Assembly: GCA_937968065.1 (NCBI GenBank)
Contig: CALBUD010000017.1
Span: forward strand, 1-19,864
Direction: 5' to 3'
Length of the DNA: 19,864 bases
DNA from: Candidatus Iainarchaeum sp.
Lineage (GTDB): Archaea > Iainarchaeota > Iainarchaeia > Iainarchaeales > CSSED10-239
Part shown: positions 1 through 7,532 of the stretch, one piece after another
Layout of the letters: the number at the start of each line of letters is the position of its first letter
How positions within the stretch are numbered: position 1 is the first letter of the stretch
Program-made: the position numbers and the translations under genes
The notes under the pieces: model-generated
Told to the model about the DNA's origin: nothing
Seen by the model: only the letters and a program-made list of their open reading frames with translations
Databases searched by the model: none

Positions 1-136
1 CCGCATAATATGATTGTTGTGCAATCCCATTAACGATGTTTAGTCCATGAATATAAATATCATTATCTAAACCAGCAAATGTGCCTGAAAACTCAACTGA
101 TGGCGTAACATAAGAGTTTGCGGAAACCATCAGCAT
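1..136 (-). CDS. Hypothetical protein, 5' part only (the gene runs off the left edge)
   Basis: My own translation of the minus strand gives a frame open from 292 down to position 1. In-frame starts are TTG at 253 and ATG at 136 and 130. From ATG 136 it reads MLMVSANSYVTPSVEFSGTFAGLDNDIYIHGLNIVNGIAQQSYYA... All three plus-strand frames carry stops in 1-200. This region has fewer Lys/Asn codons and higher G+C than its surroundings. I recognise no family, and the start choice is uncertain. Confidence 0.3.
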   Translation of the reverse strand, partial: MLMVSANSYVTPSVEFSGTFAGLDNDIYIHGLNIVNGIAQQSYYA

Positions 137-203
137 ATCAATATTGCCTGTTACAATATAATCTAATTCACGATAAGGTGTTAACCCTGATTGTCTTGTA
201 TAA

Positions 204-662
204 TTAAGAAGTTTAGAAAAAGATTTTTTTATACAAAATACAAATATATCCAAAAAATATGAAGAGGTTTGTAAGCAAACATATCTTGGATTTTATAGAG
301 CTTTAAAATCAGGAACCTTACAAACTTCAAAAGTTATTATTGATGGAAAATTAACAAGAGTTTTTATTAAAAATAATTTAGGAACTTTAGGAAATATTAC
401 AGGACTAAATAAGTTATTTATAGATCCTAACACACTTAATGTATATGCTTTTAAATCAAATAAAAAAGGAAAAATAACTTCTTTTAAACAAAAAATTGAT
501 TTTAAAAATAAAAATATAAAAATAAATCCAAGCATCAAAGAAGTTGCAAATATATTTAAAAAAGAACTTTATGAATATATTTCAAAAACTTATTTTAAAA
601 ATAAAAAACCAATTTCTTTTAAAAAAATAAATAAAAAACCTTTAGTTAAAAAAAGAAAATAA
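204..662 (+). CDS. Hypothetical Lys/Asn-rich protein. The 153-codon frame is open but has no ATG/GTG/TTG, so it may be a frameshifted or 5'-truncated gene.
   Basis: The ORF track misses this frame. I translated frame 3 from the TAA at 201-203 to the TAA at 660-662: LRSLEKDFFIQNTNISKKYEEVCKQTYLGFYRALKSGTLQTSKVIIDGKLTRVFIKNNLGTLGNITGLNKLFIDPNTLNVYAFKSNKKGKITSFKQKIDFKNKNIKINPSIKEVANIFKKELYEYISKTYFKNKKPISFKKINKKPLVKKRK*. A stop-free run this long is improbable in AT-rich DNA. The composition matches the other proteins here, and the stop sits 4 nt from the convergent DRG gene stop. There is no in-frame canonical start anywhere in it. Confidence 0.4.
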   Translation, partial: LRSLEKDFFIQNTNISKKYEEVCKQTYLGFYRALKSGTLQTSKVIIDGKLTRVFIKNNLGTLGNITGLNKLFIDPNTLNVYAFKSNKKGKITSFKQKIDFKNKNIKINPSIKEVANIFKKELYEYISKTYFKNKKPISFKKINKKPLVKKRK

Positions 663-666
663 TTTT

Positions 667-1773
667 TTAAATATTAAATTCAACAACATCTTTATTTTTT
701 AAAACATATTTTCTAGAAACGGTTTGTCCAGGATATCTTGTAGAGCCCCATACTTTTGCTGACTTTAATGATTTATATATAGATTTGTGAATTAATCTTG
801 CTGCATCTAAAACAGTTTCACCCTTATCTAAAACTAATGGTTCTGTAATATCTGCTTTTTCTCCAGGTCTTTTTGTAAAGACAATTACTTTGTCTAATAT
901 TTCATATATTTTTTCTGTAATTTCTTTTTTTAAAGAAAAATCATAAATAGGAATGGTTCTATGAATTTTTGTATGTTTATGTTTTATTGTAAAAGGCATT
1001 GAAATACAAATTGCAGGAACAAAAGAAGCTCTTGGATTTATTAAAAGCATTAAATCTTCTAAAGTTGTTTTTTGATTTAAAATAATATTATGAGATCTAA
1101 AACCAGAAGACTTAAAGATTTCAATTGCTTTTTCTTTTGAAACTGATAAAAAATGATCATTTACAAAAGAAACACCTGCAAACTCACTTTTTGAAATCAA
1201 AATATTTGGTTTTTTTTTAGTTGTAAAAATATCTTGTTCTTCTAAAGTTGATATTAAATTATCTAATTCTTCTAAAGAACCATCTTTGATAATAAAAATA
1301 ATTGCATCTGACACTCTTATCATAGAATATATTTGAGGAGTTAATTCATGATTTTTTAAAAAAGAAGGAAGTTCTATCAACTGTATTAACGCACCTCCAT
1401 AATCTAAAATACCAACTTCTGGTTTTGTGGTTGTATATGGATAATTTGCAATTAATGGATTTGCATTTGTAAATTCTGTTAGAAAAGTACTTTTACCTGA
1501 GTTTACAGAACCTATAATTAAAACTTGTCCTGCTCCTTCTTTTTTTATATTAATTGTACTTCCAGATCTTTTTCCAGCAGCTGCTTGTTTTTCTATCTTT
1601 GCTTTTAAAGAAGCTAATTTTCTTGAAAGATCTTTTCTTAAATTTTCTCCGCCTTTATGAGCTGGAGCACGAGATATCATTTCTTGAAGAGCTATTATTT
1701 TTTCTTCATCATTTTTTGCTTCATCATATTTTTTTTGAGCTAAAGCATACTCAAAAGATACGTTTGCTGGCAT
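667..1773 (-). CDS. DRG-family (Obg/HflX-like) P-loop GTPase with a C-terminal TGS domain and divergent G3/G4 motifs
   Basis: The N-terminal helical region is DRG-like (ALQEMISRAPAHKGGENLRKDLSRKLASLKAKIEK). The P-loop is GSVNSGKST and G2 is YPYTT. The TGS-like C-terminus reads VFTKRPGEKADITEPLVLDKGETVLDAARLIHKSIYKSLKSAKVWGSTRYPGQTVSRKYVLKNKDVVEF. At the expected G3 position, DxPG is replaced by ELPS. At the expected G4 position, NKxD is replaced by SMPF. Confidence 0.85.
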   Translation of the reverse strand: MPANVSFEYALAQKKYDEAKNDEEKIIALQEMISRAPAHKGGENLRKDLSRKLASLKAKIEKQAAAGKRSGSTINIKKEGAGQVLIIGSVNSGKSTFLTEFTNANPLIANYPYTTTKPEVGILDYGGALIQLIELPSFLKNHELTPQIYSMIRVSDAIIFIIKDGSLEELDNLISTLEEQDIFTTKKKPNILISKSEFAGVSFVNDHFLSVSKEKAIEIFKSSGFRSHNIILNQKTTLEDLMLLINPRASFVPAICISMPFTIKHKHTKIHRTIPIYDFSLKKEITEKIYEILDKVIVFTKRPGEKADITEPLVLDKGETVLDAARLIHKSIYKSLKSAKVWGSTRYPGQTVSRKYVLKNKDVVEFNI

Positions 1774-1776
1774 AAA

Positions 1777-2364
1777 TTATTCACTTATTTTTAAAATAAT
1801 TAATTTTTCAAAAAAAATATTTTTTTGATTAATTATTTCATATTTTAAATTATTTTTTAAAATTATTTGATAAATTTTTTTTAAGTTATTGTGGGAAGTT
1901 ACTAAAAGATAACAAACCCCTTCTTTATTTAAAAAAGATTTTAAATCATTTATAAACTTAAAAATAATTTCGGATCCTTCCTTTCCACCATCTGTTGAAA
2001 AAACATCTATAGTTTCAGAAGGGACATAAGGGGGATTAAAAACAATTACATCAAATTTTTTATTTTTTATTTTTGAAAATAAATCAGATTGAATTATTTC
2101 TAATTTTTCTAAAACATATTTTTTTTTTATTTTATTTAAATAATTAATAACCTTAATATCTATATCTAGTACAGTTAAATTATTAAACAAATTGTAAAAT
2201 TCAAAAGTTATAACTCCAGAACCAGGACCAACTTCTAAAAAACAATTTTTAAATTTAAAGGATTCTTTTTTTAAAGTTTCAATTAAAAGATAAGTATCAT
2301 CTGAAGGGAGATAAATTCCTTCTGGAAGATCTAAATCATAATCTTTATATTTTATTTGAAACAT
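1777..2364 (-). CDS. HemK-related (PrmC/Mtq2-like) SAM-dependent methyltransferase
   Basis: SAM motif I is LEVGPGSGVITF and the catalytic motif is NPPY (VFNPPYVPSE). The size is about 195 aa, typical of archaeal HemK-related methylases. I prefer the start at Met26 of the tracked ORF (MFQIKYKDYDLDLPEGIYLPSDDTYLL). The 25 upstream codons are Ile/Met/Phe-rich and overlap the TatD start region. The gene lies 3 nt upstream of the DRG gene. Confidence 0.8.
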   Translation of the reverse strand: MFQIKYKDYDLDLPEGIYLPSDDTYLLIETLKKESFKFKNCFLEVGPGSGVITFEFYNLFNNLTVLDIDIKVINYLNKIKKKYVLEKLEIIQSDLFSKIKNKKFDVIVFNPPYVPSETIDVFSTDGGKEGSEIIFKFINDLKSFLNKEGVCYLLVTSHNNLKKIYQIILKNNLKYEIINQKNIFFEKLIILKISE

Positions 2365-2373
2365 ATATATTAT

Positions 2374-3123
2374 ATGAAGATAAAAGAATATAAGCATTAT
2401 CTTGATATACATTGTCATTATGATCATCTTACTTTTCAAAAAATAAAAGAAGATTTAGAAAAAGAAAATATTATTTCAATTGTAAATACTATTAATTTAA
2501 AAGACTATAATAAATATCAAGAAATTAAAAAAGAAAATATACCTACTCTTTATTTTGCACATGGACTTTATCCTGATAATGTTTTAAAAAAAGAATGGAA
2601 AGAACTTGAAGAAGAGCTTTTAAAAATTGATTTTAAAGAAGCTCTTGCAATTGGTGAAATTGGACTTGATTTAAAAATTACAAGCGATCCAGATAAGATA
2701 AACCTTCAAAAAAAACTCTTTGAAAAACAGCTTGAAATTGCAGAAAAATTAAAAAAGCCAGTTATAGTGCATACAAGAGGAGCTACAAAAGAAACTTTAG
2801 AGGTTTTAAAAAATTGGCAAAACGTCCAAGTTATCTTGCATTGGTTTACAGGAACTGATGACGAAATTAAAGAAGCGCTTTCTAGAAGATATTTTTTAAC
2901 ACAAAGATTTGCAAGACCATATATTGAAAATATTGAAAATTATTTAAATCAAATATTTATTGAAACTGATGTTCCTGTATGGTATAATGGAAAAGAAACA
3001 GAGATTAAAAGTATAAAAGAATCTTATGAGGTTTTTTGTAAAAAATATAATATACCTTTAGAAAAAACAAAAGAAAGAATGATAAATAACTTTTTAAAAT
3101 TATTTCCTAATATTAATATATAG
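2374..3123 (+). CDS. tatD: TatD-family metal-dependent hydrolase/DNase
   Basis: TatD signatures appear in order: LDIHCHYDHL (HxH), AIGEIGLD, PVIVHTRGA, VILHWFTG, IETDVP. I prefer the ATG at 2374 (MKIKEYKHYLDIHCH) to the tracked TTG at 2356. Confidence 0.88.
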   Translation: MKIKEYKHYLDIHCHYDHLTFQKIKEDLEKENIISIVNTINLKDYNKYQEIKKENIPTLYFAHGLYPDNVLKKEWKELEEELLKIDFKEALAIGEIGLDLKITSDPDKINLQKKLFEKQLEIAEKLKKPVIVHTRGATKETLEVLKNWQNVQVILHWFTGTDDEIKEALSRRYFLTQRFARPYIENIENYLNQIFIETDVPVWYNGKETEIKSIKESYEVFCKKYNIPLEKTKERMINNFLKLFPNINI

Positions 3124-3137
3124 ATTGTGAATAAATT

Positions 3138-3803
3138 ATGAGTGAAGATATAAATTTTGAAAATATGGATATCCACATAAAACCAAAAAGAAGAAGTGAA
3201 GTAAAAGATATAGTTATAGCCTGGGTTGCAATATCTTTATGTTTTGCTTTAGTTTTAGGAGGCTATAATTTATTTAGATTTAACAATATTGTAAACATTT
3301 CAATAGTTGATTTTTTAATATTATTATTTGTAAGTTTAATTGTTACTGGAACTGCTTTTATTTTACATGAACTTGCTCACAAATATTCTGCAATTTATTT
3401 TGGAGCAAAAGCTCAATTTGTTAAATGGAATGCTCCATTAATCTTTGCAATATTTTTTGCATTTTTAGTTGGGTTTGTTTTTGCAGCACCAGGAGCTGTA
3501 TATATTTTTGGCAAAAAATTTACAAGAAAAGAAAACGGACTAGTTTCTTTAGCAGGTCCATTTACAAATATTATTTTAGCAGGGTTATTTTTCTTATTAT
3601 ACACTATAATACAAACACAAAACCCAATCGTTTTAATGATTTTTGATTTTGGAATAGTTATTAATCTTTGGATTGCTTTCTTTAATCTATTACCAATAGG
3701 CCCATTAGATGGAAAAGCGATATTTTTATGGAATCCTTTTATATGGGTTTTATTTATGATAATTTCTTTAGGTGGATATTTTTTATTTATAGGAATTATT
3801 TAA
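3138..3803 (+). CDS. Site-2 protease family (peptidase M50) intramembrane zinc metalloprotease
   Basis: HELAHK (HExxH) sits inside a TM helix. The second conserved motif is NLLPIGPLDG. Multiple hydrophobic segments are present and there is no PDZ insert. Confidence 0.85.
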   Translation: MSEDINFENMDIHIKPKRRSEVKDIVIAWVAISLCFALVLGGYNLFRFNNIVNISIVDFLILLFVSLIVTGTAFILHELAHKYSAIYFGAKAQFVKWNAPLIFAIFFAFLVGFVFAAPGAVYIFGKKFTRKENGLVSLAGPFTNIILAGLFFLLYTIIQTQNPIVLMIFDFGIVINLWIAFFNLLPIGPLDGKAIFLWNPFIWVLFMIISLGGYFLFIGII

Positions 3804-3805
3804 AA

Positions 3806-5956
3806 TTAGTTTATATACTTTGAAATTCCAGATAAATTAATTCCATTTGAAGAAACTTTTGTTTTAAGTTTAGAAAATATTTTTAAAATATGTTCTTTTT
3901 TAAGTTTTGTTTCTTTATACTTATTTTCTTTTAAAGCTAAAAATACAGATTCTGTAATTAAAAGATTTAAATCTGCAGGAGAAAAATTATTTGTAATTTC
4001 AACCAGTTCATCTACATTTATTTTATCTTTTGGAACTTTAGATAATAATAAAGAAATTATTTCTTTTCTTTCTTTTGAAGTTGGTAATTTAAATTCTATA
4101 AATTTATCTATTCTTCCACTTCTTAAAAAAGATTTATCAATAGCTTCTGGTCTGTTTGTTGCACAAATAAATAAAACATCTTTATGAGAAAGGTTATCAA
4201 GCTCTGATAATAATTGATCTAAAACTTTTACATTTGAAACAGATTCATCTCTTCTTTGTGTTAAAGAATCAATTTCATCAAAGAAAAGAATACAAGGAGA
4301 AACATCTTTTGCTTTTTTAAAAATATGTCTTATTGTTTTTTCAGATTCTCCAACCCATTTATCAAAAATTTCAGGTCCCTTTACATATATAAAATTAACT
4401 CCAAATTCTTTTGCAGTTGCTTTTACAAAAGTTGTTTTTCCAGTTCCTGGAGGTCCAAATAATAAAATATTTTTTATAGTTTTAACATTCATTTTTCCTA
4501 AAAGTTCTTTTTTATTTAAAGATAGATTAATAATTTCTGTAAGTTCTTCTTTTTGTTCTTTTAAAGCTGCAAGATCAGAATAACTTACATTTGGTGTATC
4601 TACAAAAACTTCTCTTAAAGCAGAAGGCTGAACCACTTTTAAACCATTTTCAAAATCTTCTTTAGAAATTGAAAGTTCTTCTAAAATTTTTATAGGAATT
4701 TCTTTTTTTGGAGAAGTTATATCTTGTAATTTATTTTTTATTGAAAAAATTGCAGCTTCTTTTACAAGCGCTGAAAGATCAGCACCCACAAAACCATGGG
4801 TTATTTGAGATATTTTTTTAAGATTTACATTTTTTGATAAAGGTACATTTCTTGTATGTATTTTTAAAATATCAAATCTTCCTTCTTCATTAGGAACACC
4901 AATATCAATTTCTCTATCAAATCTTCCTGGTCTTCTTAAAGCAGGATCAATATCTTCTTGTCTATTTGTTGCACCAATAACAATAACATCTCCTCTTGAA
5001 GAAACTCCATCCATAAGCGCTAATAATTGTGCGACAACACGTTTTTCAACTTCAGTTACAAAGCCGTCTCTTTTTGGAGCAATAGCATCAATTTCATCTA
5101 TAAAAATAATAGCTGGAGTTTTACTTTCTGCTTTTTTAAAAATAATTCTTAATTTTTCTTCTGCTTCACCTACATATTTTGCCATTATTTGAGGAGCATC
5201 AATTGCTATAAAATTTGCTTTTAATTCATTTGATAAAGCTTTTGCAAGAAGAGTTTTTCCTGTTCCTGGAGGGCCATATAAAAGAATTCCTTTTGGTGGA
5301 GATACATTTAATTTTTCAAAAAACTCAGGATATTTAAAAGGAAGTTCTACCATTTCTCTTATTTTTTCAATTTCTTTTTTAAGACCACCTACATCCTCAT
5401 AACCAATAATTTGTTTTAATTCTTTTTTAGAAACTGCTTTTTTATTTATTATTAAATTTGTTTCTTCTGATAATAAAACAACTTTGTTTGGAGAAGTGTT
5501 TGTAACTTCATAAAGATAATTTGCTCCAAAAATATTTATCATCACATTGTTTCCTTGAACAAAAGGACGCCCTAAAAAGTTTTTTTTAATAATTATATCT
5601 TGATTTTCAGATAATAATGTAATTTCTTTTAAAGGAGTTAAAACAATTTCTTTTGCAACAGAAGGTTCTATTTTTGTAACTGTTACAAAATCACCAATAG
5701 ATACATTTGCATTTTTTCTTGTATATTGATCCATTCTAATAATGTTTTCTTCGCCAGGTTTATTTTTTTCAGGCCATACTTGTGCTGCAGTTGTATTTTC
5801 TCCTTTTATTAAAACTATATCTCCTGAAATAATATTTAATTTTTGTTTTACAAAAACATCTAATTTTACAATATTTTTTCCAACAAAATCTTCAGAAGCT
5901 TCTATAACTTTTAGTTTAATTAAATCTGTTTTTTTTGATTTCATAATTATCATCAC
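3806..5956 (-). CDS. cdc48: Cdc48/VCP/p97-type double-ring AAA+ ATPase
   Basis: The Cdc48 N-domain pattern is present (LKVIEASEDFVGKNIVKLD...GDIVLIKGENTTAAQVWP...IIRMDQYTRKNANVSIGDFVTV). There are two AAA modules, each with Walker A GPPGTGKT. Walker B is IIFIDEID in the first and ILFFDEID in the second. SRH-like segments are ATNRQEDIDPALRRPGRFDREI and ATNRPEAIDKSFLRSGRIDKFI. Possible starts are GTG 5956, ATG 5953 and ATG 5944 (MKSKKTDLIKLKV), and I cannot resolve them. Confidence 0.95.
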   Translation of the reverse strand: MMIIMKSKKTDLIKLKVIEASEDFVGKNIVKLDVFVKQKLNIISGDIVLIKGENTTAAQVWPEKNKPGEENIIRMDQYTRKNANVSIGDFVTVTKIEPSVAKEIVLTPLKEITLLSENQDIIIKKNFLGRPFVQGNNVMINIFGANYLYEVTNTSPNKVVLLSEETNLIINKKAVSKKELKQIIGYEDVGGLKKEIEKIREMVELPFKYPEFFEKLNVSPPKGILLYGPPGTGKTLLAKALSNELKANFIAIDAPQIMAKYVGEAEEKLRIIFKKAESKTPAIIFIDEIDAIAPKRDGFVTEVEKRVVAQLLALMDGVSSRGDVIVIGATNRQEDIDPALRRPGRFDREIDIGVPNEEGRFDILKIHTRNVPLSKNVNLKKISQITHGFVGADLSALVKEAAIFSIKNKLQDITSPKKEIPIKILEELSISKEDFENGLKVVQPSALREVFVDTPNVSYSDLAALKEQKEELTEIINLSLNKKELLGKMNVKTIKNILLFGPPGTGKTTFVKATAKEFGVNFIYVKGPEIFDKWVGESEKTIRHIFKKAKDVSPCILFFDEIDSLTQRRDESVSNVKVLDQLLSELDNLSHKDVLFICATNRPEAIDKSFLRSGRIDKFIEFKLPTSKERKEIISLLLSKVPKDKINVDELVEITNNFSPADLNLLITESVFLALKENKYKETKLKKEHILKIFSKLKTKVSSNGINLSGISKYIN

Positions 5957-5970
5957 AAAAATAGTTTATT

Positions 5971-5984
5971 TAATATATATTAAT
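5971..5984 (-). promoter_or_regulatory. TATA-box-like element upstream of cdc48
   Basis: The minus strand reads ATTAATATATATTA. Its centre is about 22-25 nt upstream of the GTG/ATG at 5956/5953 and about 34 nt upstream of ATG 5944. This spacing fits an archaeal promoter with a leaderless or short-leader mRNA. The AT-rich background makes the call weak. Confidence 0.35.
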
Positions 5985-6013
5985 AGACCAAATAATATTT
6001 AAGAGTAATTATT

Positions 6014-6817
6014 TTAAAATAAAACCTCACAATTACCAGGAGGTAAAATACCATCAATTTCTTCTTGAGTAACTATTATTTTTTTAGTTATTAAATGATC
6101 TTTTATTTTTTTAGAAACATCTGATTTTTTTAAATCACCAGGAATAATTATTATATCCCCTTTATTTGTTTTGTTTGTTAAAAGAACTGGAAAAGAAAAA
6201 ATACCTTTTTCTTTATCATAAATAATTTTTAATTTTAAGTTTAATTTTTTATAATATTCCCTTTTACCTCTAATAACAAAAGAACCAGTACCTAATGATT
6301 CTCCTGTGTTTGCTTTTTTTGAAACTTGATCTGGTTTTACAGAATAAACTTCTGTTGAAAAATATTTACTTTTCCAAGCTGAAGAAAAAATTAATGCAAA
6401 GCAAGCAGCTTCTTCTTTATCAATTTCTAAAACATCTTTTTTTAAATTATTTTTTAAAATAACATGAGGAGCTCCATGAATATCTGCATGAAAATACAAA
6501 TCATTTTCTTTTAAATATCTTTTGATTAATTGTTCATTATTTTTTGTATCTTTTCCTGCAAGAACTAAAAAACCAGAAGATGTAAAAAACCATCTAAAAG
6601 AATGATACCATTCTTTTTTTCTTTCAATTCTTTTTTTAAAAATTTGTTTTTCTTTTATTTTATTTAAAACTTCTTTTTCTTGAAGTAATATTTTTTGATT
6701 AGTTATATCTATCGCTTTTAAAGTACCTTTAAGTTTTGATTTTAATTTATTTCTTTCTAAATATTTATTTTCTGCATTATTCCCTGCAGATAAATTATAA
6801 TTAATTTTTACTTTCAT
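6014..6817 (-). CDS. NFACT-R (DUF814) domain protein, an Rqc2/NEMF/FbpA-family C-terminal half without the NFACT-N domain
   Basis: The core reads EWYHSFRWFFTSSGFLVLAGKDTKNNEQLIKRYLKENDLYFHADIHGAPHVILKN...EEAACFALIFSSAWKSKYFSTEVYSVKPDQVSKKANTGESLGTGSFVIRGKRE, which is the NFACT-R signature. It is preceded by about 70 aa of Lys-rich coiled-coil-like sequence. The protein is only 267 aa. Confidence 0.8.
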   Translation of the reverse strand: MKVKINYNLSAGNNAENKYLERNKLKSKLKGTLKAIDITNQKILLQEKEVLNKIKEKQIFKKRIERKKEWYHSFRWFFTSSGFLVLAGKDTKNNEQLIKRYLKENDLYFHADIHGAPHVILKNNLKKDVLEIDKEEAACFALIFSSAWKSKYFSTEVYSVKPDQVSKKANTGESLGTGSFVIRGKREYYKKLNLKLKIIYDKEKGIFSFPVLLTNKTNKGDIIIIPGDLKKSDVSKKIKDHLITKKIIVTQEEIDGILPPGNCEVLF

Positions 6818-6819
6818 AT

Positions 6820-7359
6820 TTAATCAAGTGCTTGTTCTTCAAGTAAAAGATCTATTAAAACATCTATTTGATTTTTTTCTTTATAAATTGGATTTGATAA
6901 ATAAAAACTAGATGATTTTTTTACTAAATCATAATAATTTGGAATTTTATAAACATATTTTTCTTTTAAATTAATATGAAAAGATTCAATATTTTTTGAT
7001 AAAAAATTTAAAACAACATTAAAATCACCATCTGATATAACTTGAGATGCTGAAATTACACTTTTATCTTTTATAGCAGTATCTAAAAATTGTTTTTGTC
7101 TTTCTTTTAAAGATAAGTCCATCTGAAAATAAGAAGCTGTTTTAAGATTATACCCTGCAATTGATGAATCTAAAAGAGGACGATAACCTAAGATAAATTT
7201 TTCTTTTTCAAGAAAATCAATTGAAGATTTTATTGTAGCTCTATGAAAACCAGTTAACTTCTTTATTTGTCTTATATTTGGAACAACAGCTCCCTTTTTT
7301 GTCATTGCTGATAGAATTTTAACCCTTATAGAATCATTAATTTTTTTTACAACAGCCAT
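6820..7359 (-). CDS. Winged-HTH transcription regulator, Lrp/AsnC-like architecture
   Basis: The N-terminal wHTH pattern is IRVKILSAMTKKGAVVPNIRQIKKLTGFHRATIKSSIDFLEKEKFILGYRP. It is followed by an Lrp-effector-like segment, LDSSIAGYNLKTASYFQMDL...ISASQVISDGDFNVVLNFLSKNIESF. Its stop is 2 nt from the NFACT-R start. Confidence 0.55.
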   Translation of the reverse strand: MAVVKKINDSIRVKILSAMTKKGAVVPNIRQIKKLTGFHRATIKSSIDFLEKEKFILGYRPLLDSSIAGYNLKTASYFQMDLSLKERQKQFLDTAIKDKSVISASQVISDGDFNVVLNFLSKNIESFHINLKEKYVYKIPNYYDLVKKSSSFYLSNPIYKEKNQIDVLIDLLLEEQALD

Positions 7360-7384
7360 ATTTATTCACATATAAATATATCTT

Positions 7385-7405
7385 AAAACCTATTAAAAAG
7401 GTTTT
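7385..7405. repeat. 7-bp inverted repeat (AAAACCT-N7-AGGTTTT) in the divergent wHTH/rpoK promoter region
   Basis: I read it directly. Arms are 7385-7391 and 7399-7405 with loop ATTAAAA. It lies 26-46 nt upstream of the wHTH regulator start (7359). It could be an operator, but chance occurrence in AT-rich DNA is possible. Confidence 0.3.
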
Positions 7406-7532
7406 TATTATAATAAAATGCACAAATCCCCTTAAATTTTAAATTAGTAAATAAAACTATATATTTATATGCATTTCTAACATATAATATATAGTAAAAC
7501 TATTTTTAAAAAAACATCAAAAATGAAAAACT

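Noticed and set aside
1-200. Higher G+C at the left edge (about 35% by hand count, versus about 20-27% in 301-420) as a sign of foreign or integrated DNA
   Set aside because: Conserved coding stretches elsewhere in the window reach a similar G+C by the same hand count, for example the cdc48 Walker A region around 5221-5280. The shift is explained by an ordinary protein-coding segment. No integrase, att-like repeat or tRNA is visible.
298-310. CTT TAA context (301-306) resembling the prfB-type +1 programmed frameshift site, and a TTTAAAA heptamer (302-308)
   Set aside because: A +1 shift from the ATG-259 frame enters frame 2, which stops at 341-343, not the long frame. The heptamer is phased for the long frame itself, so it cannot bring ribosomes into that frame.
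293-538. Tracked 81-aa minus-strand ORF (MMLGFIFIFLFLKSIF...)
   Set aside because: Its Phe/Leu/Ile/Pro-rich composition is what you get from reading opposite a Lys/Asn/Glu-rich gene. It lies entirely within the longer, stop-free plus-strand frame 204-662, whose product looks like the other proteins here. I kept it only as an alternative in the start-less ORF finding. The same minus frame continues open to position 1 after the TAA at 293-295.
1554-1775. 73-aa plus-strand ORF inside the DRG gene
   Set aside because: It is antisense to a well-supported gene. Its Leu/Phe-rich, low-complexity translation is typical of a shadow ORF.
2365-2439. 25-codon N-terminal extension of the methyltransferase ORF, and the TTG-2356 start of TatD
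   Set aside because: The extension (MKSKMIIMTMYIKIMLIFFYLHIIY) is low-complexity and has no counterpart in HemK-related methylases as I know them. TatD homologues begin a few residues before the D-x-H-x-H motif, which favours ATG 2374.
3413-3646. Two short ORFs (63 aa on the minus strand, 73 aa on the plus strand) inside the M50 protease gene
   Set aside because: They overlap a gene with clear HExxH and NxxPxxxLDG motifs, and they have no features of their own.
5742-6002. 86-aa plus-strand ORF overlapping the cdc48 5' end
   Set aside because: It is antisense to the conserved Cdc48 N-domain and has shadow-ORF composition.
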